Assembly (NCBI GenBank): GCA_964016885.1
Contig: OZ024744.1
Span: 51,708,001 to 51,772,000, forward strand
Source: Eledone cirrhosa
Taxonomy: Eukaryota
Length of the DNA stretch: 64,000 nt
Direction of reading: 5' to 3'
Shown one piece after another: positions 39,801-50,800 of this stretch. Under the pieces are notes generated by a model. That model saw only the letters and a list, made by a program, of their open reading frames with translations, was not told the origin of the DNA and did no database searches. Position numbers and translations under genes: made by a program. Every line of letters starts with the position of its first letter. The first letter of the stretch is position 1.

Positions 39801-41606
39801 ACAAGAATGAGAGAAAATGTCGTTGGTGGAGTTATGGTACGGCTGTGAGACAGGAATGAGAGAAAGACGTCGTTGGTGGAGTTATGGTACGGCTGTGAGT
39901 AGGAATGAGAGGAAGATGTGAATTATGGTAAGGTTGTGAGACAGGAATGAGAGAAAGACGACGTGGGTGGATTTATGGTACGACTGTGACAGAGGAATGA
40001 GAGAAAGACGTCGTGGTGGAGTTATGGTATGGTTGTGAGAAAGGAATGAGTGAAAGATGTCGTTGGTGGAGTTATGGTATGGTTGTGAGATAGGAATGAG
40101 GGAAAGACGTCGTTGGTGGAATTATGGTATGGTTGTGAGATAGGAATGAGAGAAAGACGTCGTTGGTGGAGTTATGGTACGGCTGTGAGACAGGAATGAG
40201 AGGAAGATGTCGTTGGTGGAGTTATGGTACGGCTGTGAGACAGGAATGAGGGAAAGATGTCGTTGGTGGTGTTATGGTACGGCTGTGAGACAGGAATGAG
40301 AGGAAGATGTCGTTGGTGGAGTTATGGTACGGCTGTGAGACAGGAATGAGAGGAAGATGTCGTTGGTGGAGTTATGGTACGGTTTTGAGACAGGAATGAG
40401 AGAAAGACGTCGTTGGTGGAGTTATGGTATGGTTGTGAGACTAGAATGAGAGGAAGATGTCGTTGGTGGAGTTATGGTACGGTTGTGAGACAGGAATGAG
40501 AGGAAGATGTCGTTGGTGGAGTTATGGTACGGCTGTGAGACAAGAATGAGAGAAAGATCTCGTTGGTGGAGTTATGGTACGGTAGTGAGACAGGAATGAG
40601 AGGAAGATGTCGTTAGTGGAGTTATGGTACGGTTTTGAGACAGGAATGAGAGGAAGACGTCGTTGGTGGAGTTATGGTATGGTTGTGAGACATGAATGAG
40701 AGGAAGATGTCGTTGGTGGAATTATGGTACGGTTGTGAGACAAGAATGAGAGAAAGATCTCGTTGGTGGAGTTATGGTACGGTAGTGAGACAGGAATGAG
40801 AGGAAGATGTCGTTGGTGGAGTTATGGTACGGCTGTGAGAGCAATGAGAGAAAGATGTCGTTGGTGGAGTTATGGTACGGCTGTGAGTAGGAATGAGAGG
40901 AAGATGTCGTTGGTGGAGTTATGGTACGGCTGTGAGACAGGAATGAGAGAAAGACCTCGTTGGTGGAGTTATGGTACGTTAGTGAGACAGGAATGAGAGG
41001 AAGATGTCGTTGGTGGAGTTATGGTACGGTTGTGAGATAGGAATGAGGGGAAGATATAGTTGGTGGAGTTATGGTACGGTTGTGAGACAGGAATGAGAGA
41101 AAGACGTCGTTGCTGGAGTTATGGTACGGCTGTGAGACAGGAATGAGAGGAAGATGTCATTGGTAGAGTTATGGTACAGTCGTTGCTGGAGTTATTTTAA
41201 GGCTGTGAGACAGGAATGAGAGAAAGTTGTCGTTGGTGGAGTTACGGAACGGCTGTGAGACAGGATTTAGAGAAAGATGTTGGTGGAGTTATGGTACGGC
41301 TGTAATACAAGAATGAGAAAAAGATGTCGTTGGTGGAGTTATGGTAATGCTGTGAGACAGGAATGAGAGGAAGACGTCGTTGGTGGAGTCATGGTACGGC
41401 TGTGAGACATGAATGATAGGAAGACGTCGTTTGTGGAGTTATGGTATGGTAGTGAGACAGGAATGAGAGAAAGATGTCGTTGGTGGAGTTACGGTACGGC
41501 TATGAGAGAGGAATGAGAGAAATATGTCGTTGGTGGAATTATGGTATGGTTTTGAGACAGGAATGAGAGAAAGATGTCGTTGGTGGAGTTATGGTACGGC
41601 TGTGAG
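35938..41606 (+). repeat. Near-perfect tandem duplication, period 2,877 bp (copies ~35938-38729 and ~38815-41606)
   Basis: A private 8-bp deletion junction (GAAGATGTGAATTATGGTAAGG, with GTGAATT at 37041 and 39918) and the identical ORFs at 37886 and 40763 both give an offset of 2,877. Confidence 0.93.
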
Positions 41607-44199
41607 ACAAGAATGAGAAAAAAATGTCGTTGGTGGAGTTATGGTAATGCTGTGAGACAGGAATGAGAGGAAGACGTCCTTGGTGGAATTATGGTACGGC
41701 TGTGAGACAGGAATGAGAGAAAGACGTCGTTGGTGGTGTTATAGTACGGTTGTGAGACAGGAATGAGAGGAAGATGTCGTTGGTGGAGTTATGGTACGGT
41801 TGTGAGATAGGAATGAGAGAAAGACGTCGTTGGTGGAGTTATGGTACGGCTGTGAGACAGGAATGAGGGAAAGACGTCGTTGGTGGAATTATGGTACGGT
41901 TTTGAGACAGGAATGAGAGAAAGACGTCGTTGGTGGAATTATGGTACGGCTGTGAGAGAAATGAGAGAAAGATATCGTTGGTGGAATTATGGTACGGCTG
42001 TGAGACCGAATGAGAGGAAGATGTCGTTGGTGGAGTTATGGTACGGCTGTGAGACAGGAATGAGAGGAAGATGTCGTTGGTGGAGTTATAGTACGGTTGT
42101 GAGACAGGAATGAGGGAAAGACGCGTTGGTGGAGTTATGGTACGGCTGTGAGAGCAATGAGAGAAAGATGTCGTTGGTGGAGTTATGGTACGGCTGTGAG
42201 TAGGAATGAGAGGAAGATGTCGTTGGTGGAGTTATGGTACGGCTGTGAGACAGGAATGAGAGAAAGACCTCGTTGGTGGAGTTATGGTACGGCTGTGAGA
42301 GAGGAATGAGAGAAAGACGTCGTTGCTGAAATTATGGTACGGCTGTGAGATAGGAATGAGTGGAAGACGTCGTTGCTGGAATTATGGTACCGTTGTGAGA
42401 CAGGAACGAGAGAAAGATGACGTTGCTTCAGTTATGGTACGGTTGTGAGACAGGAATGAGAGGAAGATGTCCTTGGTGGAGTTATGGTACGGCTGTGAGA
42501 CAGGAATGAGAGGAAGACGTCGTTGTTGGAGTTATGGTACGGTTGTGAGACAGCAGTGAGAGAAAGATGTTATTGGTGGAGTTATGGTACGGCGGTGAGA
42601 CAGGAATGAGAGAAAGACGACGTTGGTGAAGTTATGGTACGGCTGTGAGAGAGGAATGAGAGGAAGACGTCGTTGGTGGAGCTATGGTACGGCTGTGAGA
42701 CAGAAACGAGAGCAAGATGTCATTGGTAGAGTTATGGTACCGTCGTTGCTGCAGTTACTTTAAGGCTGTGACACAGGAATAAGAGAAAGACGTGGTTGGC
42801 GGAGTTATGGTATGGCTGTGAGACCGGAATGAGAGGAAGACGTCCTTGGTGGAATTATGGTACGGCTGTGAGACAGGAATGAGAGCAAGACGTCGTTGGC
42901 GGAGTTATGGAATGGCTGTGAGACCGGAATGAGAGGAAGACGTCGTTGGTGGAGTTATAGTACGGTTGTGTGAGAGGAATGAGGGAAAGACGCGCTGTTG
43001 GAGTTATGGAACGGTTGTGAGACAAGAATGAGAGAAAATGTCGTTGGTGGAGTTATGGTACGGCTGTGAGTAGGAATGAGAGGAAGATGTCGTTGGTGGT
43101 GATATGGTACGGTTGTGAGAGAGGAATGAGAGAAAGACCTCGTTGGTGGAGTTATGGTACGACTGTGACAGAGGAATGAGTGAAAGACGTCGCTGGTGGA
43201 GTTCTGGTATGGTTGTGAGAAAGGAATGAGAGAAAGATGTCGTTGGTGGAGTTATGGTATAGTTGTGAGATAGGAATGAGAGAAAGACGTCGTTGGTGGA
43301 TTTATGGTATGGTTGTGAGATAGGAATGAGAGAAAGACGTCGTTGGCGGAGTTATGGTACGGCTGTGAAACAGGAATAAGAGGAAGACGTCGTTGGTGGA
43401 GTTATCGTATGGTTGTGAGACATGAATGACAGGAAGATGTCGTTGGTGGAGTTATGGTACGGCTCTGAGACAGGAATGAGAGGAAGACGTCGTTGGTGGA
43501 GTTATGGTACGGCTGTGAGACAGGAATGAGAGGAAGATGTCGTTGGTGGAGTTATGGTACGGATGTGAGACAGGAATGAGAGGAAGAGGTCGTTGTTGGA
43601 ATTATGGTATGGTTGTGAGACATGAATGAGAGGAAGATGTCGTTGGTGGAGTTATGGTACGGCTGTGAGACAGGAATGAGAGGAAGATGTCGTTGTTGGA
43701 GTTATGGTACGGCTGTGAGACAAGAATGGGAGAAAGATCTCGTTGGTGGAGTTATGGTACGGTAGTGAGACAGGAATGAGAGGAAGATGTCGTTGGTGGA
43801 GTTATGGTACGGTTTTGAGACAGGAATGAGAGGAAGACGTCGTTGGTGGTGTTATGGTACGGCTGTGAGTAGGAATGAGAGGAAGATGTCGTTGGTGGAG
43901 TTAGGGTATGGTTGTAAGACAGGAATGAGAGAAAGACGACGTTGGTGGAGTTATGGTACGGTTGTGAGACAGGAATGAGAGGAAGATGTCGTTGGTGGAG
44001 TTATGGTACGGTTGTGAGATAGGAATGAGGGGAACATATCGTTGGTGGAGTTATGGTACGGTTTTGCGACAGGAATGAGAGAAAGACGTCGTTGGTGGAA
44101 TTATGGTACGGCTGTGAGAGAAATGAGAGAAAGATGTCGTTGGTGGAATTATGGTACGGCTGTGAGACACAAATGAGAGTAAGATGTCGTTGGTGGTGT

Positions 44200-47100
44200 T
44201 ATGGTACGGTTGTGAGACAGGAATGAGAGGAAGATGTCGTTGGTGGAGTTATGGTACGGCTGTGAGACAAGAATGAGAGAAAGATCTCGTTGGTGGAGTT
44301 ATGGTACGGTAGTGAGACAGGAATGAGGGGAAGATGTCGTTGGTGGAGTTATGGTACGGTTGTGAGATAGGAATGAGGGGAAGATATCGTTGGTGGACTT
44401 ATGGTACGGTTGTGAGACAGGAATGAGAGAAAGACGTCATTGCTGGAGTTATGGTACGGCTGTGAGACAGGAATGAGAGGAAGATGTCGTTGGTGGAGTT
44501 ATGGTACGGCTGTGTGACAGGAATGAGGGAAAGATGTCGTTGGTGGAGTTATGGTACGGTTTTGAGACAGGAATGAGAGAAAGACGTCGTTGGTGGAATT
44601 ATGGTACGGCTGTGAGAGAAATAAGAGAAAGATATCGTTGGGGGAATTATGGTACGGCTGTGAGACCGAATGAGAGGAAGACGTCGTTGGTGGAGTTATG
44701 GTACGGCTGTGAGACAGGAATGAGAGGAAGATGTCGTTGGTGGAGTTAATGGTATGGCTGTGAGACAGGAATGAGAGGAAGATGTCGTTGGTGGAGTTAT
44801 GGTACGGCTGTGAGACAAGAATGAGGGAAAGATCTCGTTGGTGGAGTTATGGTACGGTAGTGAGACAGGAATGAAAGGAAGATGTCGTTGGTGGAGTTAT
44901 GGTATGGTTGTGAGATAGGAATGAGGGGAAGATATCGTTTGTGGAGTTATGGTACAGTCGTTGCCGGAGATATTTTAAGGCTGTGAGACAGGAATGAGAG
45001 AAAGTTGTCGTTGGTGGAGTTATGGAACGGCTGTGAGACAGGATTTAGAGAAAGATGTTGTTGGAGTTATGGTACGGCTGTGATACAAGAATGAGAAAAA
45101 GATGTCGTTGGTGGAGTTATGGTAATGCTGTGAGACAGGAATGAGAGGAAGACGTCGTTGGTGGAGTTATGGTACGGCTGTGAGACAGGAATGAGAGGAA
45201 GATGTCGTTGGTGGAGTTATGGTACGGCTGTGAGACAGGAATGAGAGGAAGACGTCGTTGGTGTAGTTATGGTATGGTAGTGAGACAGGAATGAGAGAAT
45301 GATGTCGCTGGTGGAGTTATGGTATGGTCGTGAGATAGGACTGAGAGAAAGATGTCGTTGGTGGATTTACGGTACGGCTATGAGACAGGAATGAGAGAAA
45401 TATGTCGTTGGTGGAATTATGGTATGGTTTTGAGACAGGAATGAGAGAAAGATGTCGTTGCTGGAGTTATGGTAATGCTGTGAGACAGGAATGAGAGGAA
45501 GACGTCCTTGGTGGAATTATGGTACGGCTGTGAGACAGGAATGAGAGAAAGACGCGTTGGTGGAGTTATGGTATGGTTGTGAGACAAGAATGAGAGAAAA
45601 TGTCGTTGGTGGAGTTATGGTACGGCTGTGAGTAGGAATGAGAGGAAGATGTCGTTGGTGGTGTTATGGTACGGCTGTGAAAGAAATGAGAGAAAGATGT
45701 CGTTGGTGGAGTTATGGTACGGCTGTGAGTAGGAATGAGAGGAAGATGTCGTTGGTGGTGTTATGGTACGACTGTGAGACAGGAATGAGAGGAAGACGTC
45801 TTTGGTGGAGTGATGGTATGGTTGTGAGACAGGAATGAGAGAAAGACGTCGTTTGTGGAGTTATGGTACGGTTGTGAGACACGAATGAGAGGAAGATGTC
45901 GTTGGTGGAGATATGGTACGGCTGTGAGACAAGGATGAGAGAAAGATCTCGTTGGCGGAGTTATGGTACGGTAGTGAGACAGGAATGAGAGGAAGATGTC
46001 GTTGGTGGAGTTATGGTACGGCTGTGAGACAAGAATGAGAGAAAGATCTCGTTGGTGGAGTTATGGTACGGTAGTGAGACAGAAATGAGAGGAAGATGTC
46101 GTTGGTGGAGTTATGGTACGGTTGTGAGATAGGAATGAGGGGAAGATATCGTTGGTGGACTTATGGTACGGTTGTGAGACAGGAATGAGAGAAAGACGTC
46201 GTTGCTGGAGTTATGGTACGGCTGTGAAACAGGAATGAGAGGAAGATGTCGTTGGTGGAGTTATGGTACGGCTGTGAGACAGGAATGAGGGAAAGATGTC
46301 GTTGGTGGAGTTATGGTACGGTTTTGAGACAGGAATGAGAGAAAGACGTCGTTGATGGAATTATGGTACGGCTGTGAGAGAAATGAGAGAAAGATATCGT
46401 TGGTGGAATTATGGTACGGCTGTGAGACCGAATGAGAGGAAGACGTCGTTGGTGGAGTTATGGTACGGTTGTGAGACAGGAATGAGAGGAAGATGTCGTT
46501 GGTGGAGTTATGGTACGGCTGTGAGACAAGAATGAGGGAAAGATCTCGTTGGTGGAGTTATGGTACAGTAGTGAGACAGGAATGAGAGGAAGATGTCGTT
46601 GGGGGAGTTATGGTACGGTTGTGAGATAGGAATGAGGGGAAGATATCGTTTGTGGAGTTATGGTACAGTCGTTGCTGGAGTTATTTTAAGGCTGTGAGAC
46701 AGGAATGAGAGAAAGTTGTCGTTGGTGGAGTTATGGAACGGCTGTGAGACAGGATCTAGAGAAAGATGATGATGGATTTATGGTACGGCTGTGATACAAG
46801 AATGAGAAAAAGATGTCGTTGGTGGAGTTATGGTAATGCTGTGAGACAGGAATGAGAGGAAGACATCGTTGGTGGAGTTATGGTACGGCTGTGAGACAGG
46901 AATGAGAGGAAGATGTCGTTGGTGGAGTTATGGTACGGCTGTGAGAAAGGAATGAGAGGAAGACGTCGTTGGTGGAGTTATGGTATGGTAGTGAGACAGG
47001 AATGAGAGAATGATGTCGCTGGTGGAGTTATGGTATGGTCGTGAGATAGGACTGAGAGAAAGATGTCGTTGGTGGAGTTACGGTACGGCTATGAGACAGG

Positions 47101-47850
47101 AATGAGAGAAAGATGTTGGTGGAGTTATGGTAATGCTGTGAAAGAAATGAGAGAAAGATGTCGTTGGTGGAATTATGGTATGGTTTTGAGACAGGAATGA
47201 GAGAAAGATGTCGTTGGTGGAGTTATGGTAATGCTGTGAAAGAAATGAGAGAAAGATGTCATTGGTGGAGTTATGGTACGGCTGTGAGTAGGAATGAGAG
47301 GAAGATGTCGTTGGTGGTGTTATGGTACGACTGTGAGACAGGAATGAGAGGAAGACGTCGTTGGTGGAGTTATGGTATGGTTGTGAGACAGGAATGAGGG
47401 AAAGACGCGTTGGTGGAGTTATGGTATGGTTGTGAGACAAGAATGAGAGAAAATGTCGTTGGTGGAGTTATGGTACGGCTGTGAGACAAGAATGAGAGAA
47501 AGACGTCGTTGGTGGAGTTATGGTACGGCTGTGAAAGAAATGAGAGAAAGATATCGTTGGTGGAGTTATGGTACGGCTGTGAGTAGGAATGAGAGGAAGA
47601 TGTCGTTGGTGGTGTTATGGTACGACTGTGAGACAGGAATGAGAGGAAGACGTCGTTGGTGGAGTTATGGTATGGTTGTGAGACAGGAATGAGAGAAAGA
47701 CGTCGTTTTTGGAGTTATGGTACGGTTGTGAGACACGAATGAGAGGAAGATGTCGTTGGTGGAGTTATGGTACGGCTGTGAGACAAGGATGAGAGAAAGA
47801 TCTCGTTGGCGGAGTTATGGTACGTTAGTGAGACAGGAACGAGAGGAAGA
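44200..47850 (+). repeat. Imperfect tandem duplication, period ~1.7-1.85 kb
   Basis: Paired private markers: GGTGGACTTATGG (~44395/~46155), GATATCGTTTGTGG...TACAGTCGTTG (44931/46642), GAGAATGATGTCGCTGG (~45295/~47005) and ACAAGGATGAG...TCTCGTTGGCGG (~45929/~47783). Confidence 0.75.
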
Positions 47851-50800
47851 TGTCGTTGGTGGAGTTATGCTACGGTTGTGAGACAGCAGTGAAATAAAGA
47901 TGTCATTGGTTGAGTTATGGTAGGCTGTGAGACAAGAATAAGAGAAAGATGTCGTTGGTGGAGTTATAGTACGGTTGTGAGACAGGAATGAGGGAAAGAC
48001 GTCGTTGGTGGAGTTATGGTACGGTTGTGAGACAAGAATGAGAGAAAATGTCGTTGGTGGAGTTATGGTACGGCTGTGAGACAGGAATGAGAGGAAGATG
48101 TCGTTGGTGGAGTTATGGTACGGTTGTGAGACAGGAATGAAAGAAAGACGTCGTTGGTGGAGTTATGGTACGGCAGTGAGACAAGAATGAGAGAAAGACG
48201 TCGTTAGTGGAGTTATGATACGGCTGTAAGAGAGGAATGAGAGGAAGATGTCGTTGGTGGAGTTATGGTACGGTTGTGAGACAGGAATGAGAGGAAGATG
48301 TCGTTGGTGGAGTTATGGCATGGTTTTGAGACAGGAATGAGAGAAAGATGTCGTTGGTGGAGTTATGTTACGGCTGTGAGACAAGAATGAGAGGAAGACG
48401 TCGTTGGTGGTGTTATGGTACGGCTGTGAGACAGGAATGAGAGGAAGACGTCGTTCGTGGAGTTATGGTAATGCTGTGAGACATGAATGAGAGAAAAATG
48501 TCGTTGGTGGAGTTATGGTACGGCTGTGATACAGCAATGAGTGTAAGAGGTCGTTGGTGGAGTTATGGTACGGTTGTGAGACAGGAATGAGAGGAAGAGG
48601 TCGTTGGTGGAGTTATGGTACGGCTGTGAGACAGGAATGAGAGGAAGAGATCGTTGGTAGTGTTATCGTACGGTTGTGAGACCGGAATAAAAGGAAGAGG
48701 TCGTTGGTGGAGTTATGGTAATGCTGTGAGACAGGAATGAGGGAAAGACGTCGTTGGTGGAGTTATGGTAGCGTTGTGAGACAGGAATGAGATGAAGACG
48801 TCATTGGTGGAGTTATGGTACGGCTGTGAGACAGGAATGTGAGAAAGATGTCGTTGGTGGAGTCATGGTACAGCAGTGAGACAAGAATGAGAGAAAGACG
48901 TTGTTGGTGGAGTTATGGTACGGCTGTGAGACAGGAATGAGATGAAGACGTCATTGCTGGAGTTATGGTACGGTTGTGAGACAGGAATGAGAGGAAGACG
49001 TCGTTGGTGGAGTCATGGTACAGCAGTGAGACAAGAATGAGAGAAAGACGTTGTTGTTGGAGTTATGGTACGGCTGTGAGACAGGAATGAGAGGAAGACG
49101 TCGTTGGTGGAGTTATGGTACGGTTGTGAGATAGGAATGAGAGGAAGATATCGTTGGTAGAGTTATGGTACGGTTGTGAGACAGGAAAGAGAGAAAGATG
49201 TCGTTGGTGGAGTTATGGTACGGTTGTGAGACAGGAATGAGAGGAAGACGTCGTTGGTGGAGTTATGGTACGGTTGTGAGACAGGAATGAGAGAAAGATG
49301 TCGTTGGTGGAGTTATGGTACGGCTGTGAGGGAGGAATGAGAGAAAGATGTCGTTGATGGAGTTATGGTAATGCTGTGAGACAGGTATGAGAGAAAGACG
49401 TCGTTGGTTGAGGTATGGTACGGTTGTGAGATAGGAAAGAGAGAAAGATGTCGTTGGCGGAGTTATGGTACGGCTGTGAGACAGGAATGAGAGGAAGACG
49501 TCGTTGGTGGAGTTATGGTACGGCTGTCAGACAGGAATGAGAGGAAGACTTCGTTGGTGGAGTTATGGTGCGGCTGTGAGACAGGAATGAGAGGAAGACG
49601 TCGTCAGTGGAGTTATGGTACGGCAGTGAGACAAGAATGAGAGAAAGACGTCGTTGGTGGAGTTATTGTACGGCTGTGAGAGAGGAATGAGAGGAAGATG
49701 TCGTTGGTGGAGTTATGGTACGGTTGTGAGACAGGAATGAGAGAAAGATGTCGTTGGTGGAGTTATGGTACGGCTGTGAGGGAGGAATGAGAGAAAGATG
49801 TCGTTGATGGAGTTATGGTAATGCTGTGAGACAGGTATGAGAGAAAGACGTCGTTGGATGATGTATGGTACGGTTGTGAGATAGGAAAGAGAGAAAGATG
49901 TCGTTGGCGGAGTTATGGTACGGCTGTGAGACAGGAATGAGAGGAAGACGTCGTTGGTGGAGTTATGGTACGGCTGTCAGACAGGAATGAGAGGAAGACT
50001 TCGTTGGTGGAGTTATGGTGCGGCTGTGAGACAGGAATGAGAGGAAGACGTCGTCGGTGGAGTTATGGTACGGCAGTGAGACAAGAATGAGAGAAAGACG
50101 TCGTTGGTGGAGTTATGGTACGGCTGTGAGAGAGGAATGAGAGGAAGATGTCGTTGGTGGAGTTATGGTACGGTTGTGAGACAGGAATGAGAGAAAGATT
50201 TCGTTGTTGGAGTTATGGTAATGCTGTGAGACAGGAATGAGAGAAAGATTTCGTTGGTGGAGTTATGGTATGGTTGTGAGAGAGAAATGAGAGAAAGAGG
50301 TCGTTTGTGGAGTTATGGTACGGCTGTGAGACAGAAATGAAAGGAAGAGGTCGTTGGTGGAGCTATAGTACGGCTGTGAGAGAGGATGAGAGGAAGACGT
50401 CGTTTGTGGAGTTATGGTACGGCTGTGAGAGAGGAATGAGAGGAAGATGTCGTTCGTGGAGTTATGGTAATGCTGTGAGACAAGAATGAGAGAAAGATGT
50501 CCTTGGTAGAGTTATGGTACGGCTGTGAGACAGGAATGAGAAAAAGTGGTCGTTGGTAGAGTTATAGTACGGCTGTGAGACAGGAATGAGAGAAAGATGT
50601 CGTTGGAGGAGTTATGGTACGGCTGTGAGACAGGAATGAGAGGAAGAGGTCGTTGGTGGAGTTATGGTACGGCTGAGAGACAGCAATAAGAGGAAGAGAT
50701 CGTTGGTGGAGTTATGGTACGGTTGCGAGACCGGAATGAAAGGAAGAGGTCGTTGGTGGAGTTATGGTAATGCTGTGAGACAGGAATGAGGGAAAGACGT

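Larger units (their letters stand above)
1..47850 (+). repeat. Array domain A: indel-rich sub-array with 73-, 49-, 48- and 47-bp monomer variants in irregular higher-order blocks
   Basis: Recurrent 73-mers (...GGTACCGTCGTTGCTGGAGTTATTTTAAGGC...), 47-mers (GGAGTTAGAGAAAGATGTTGG), 48-mers (GTGAGAGAAATGAG) and 49-mers (GTGAGTAGGAATG, AAAGACGCGTTGG) repeatedly shift the 50-bp phase. The last 73-mer is at ~46630-46700. Confidence 0.85.

Noticed and set aside
771-46690. TTAA in the 73-mers as piggyBac-type target sites or transposon footprints
   Set aside because: The TTTAA aligns without gaps to GGTAC of the duplicated 23-mer. There are no terminal inverted repeats or inserted element, and the copies appear inherited by duplication.
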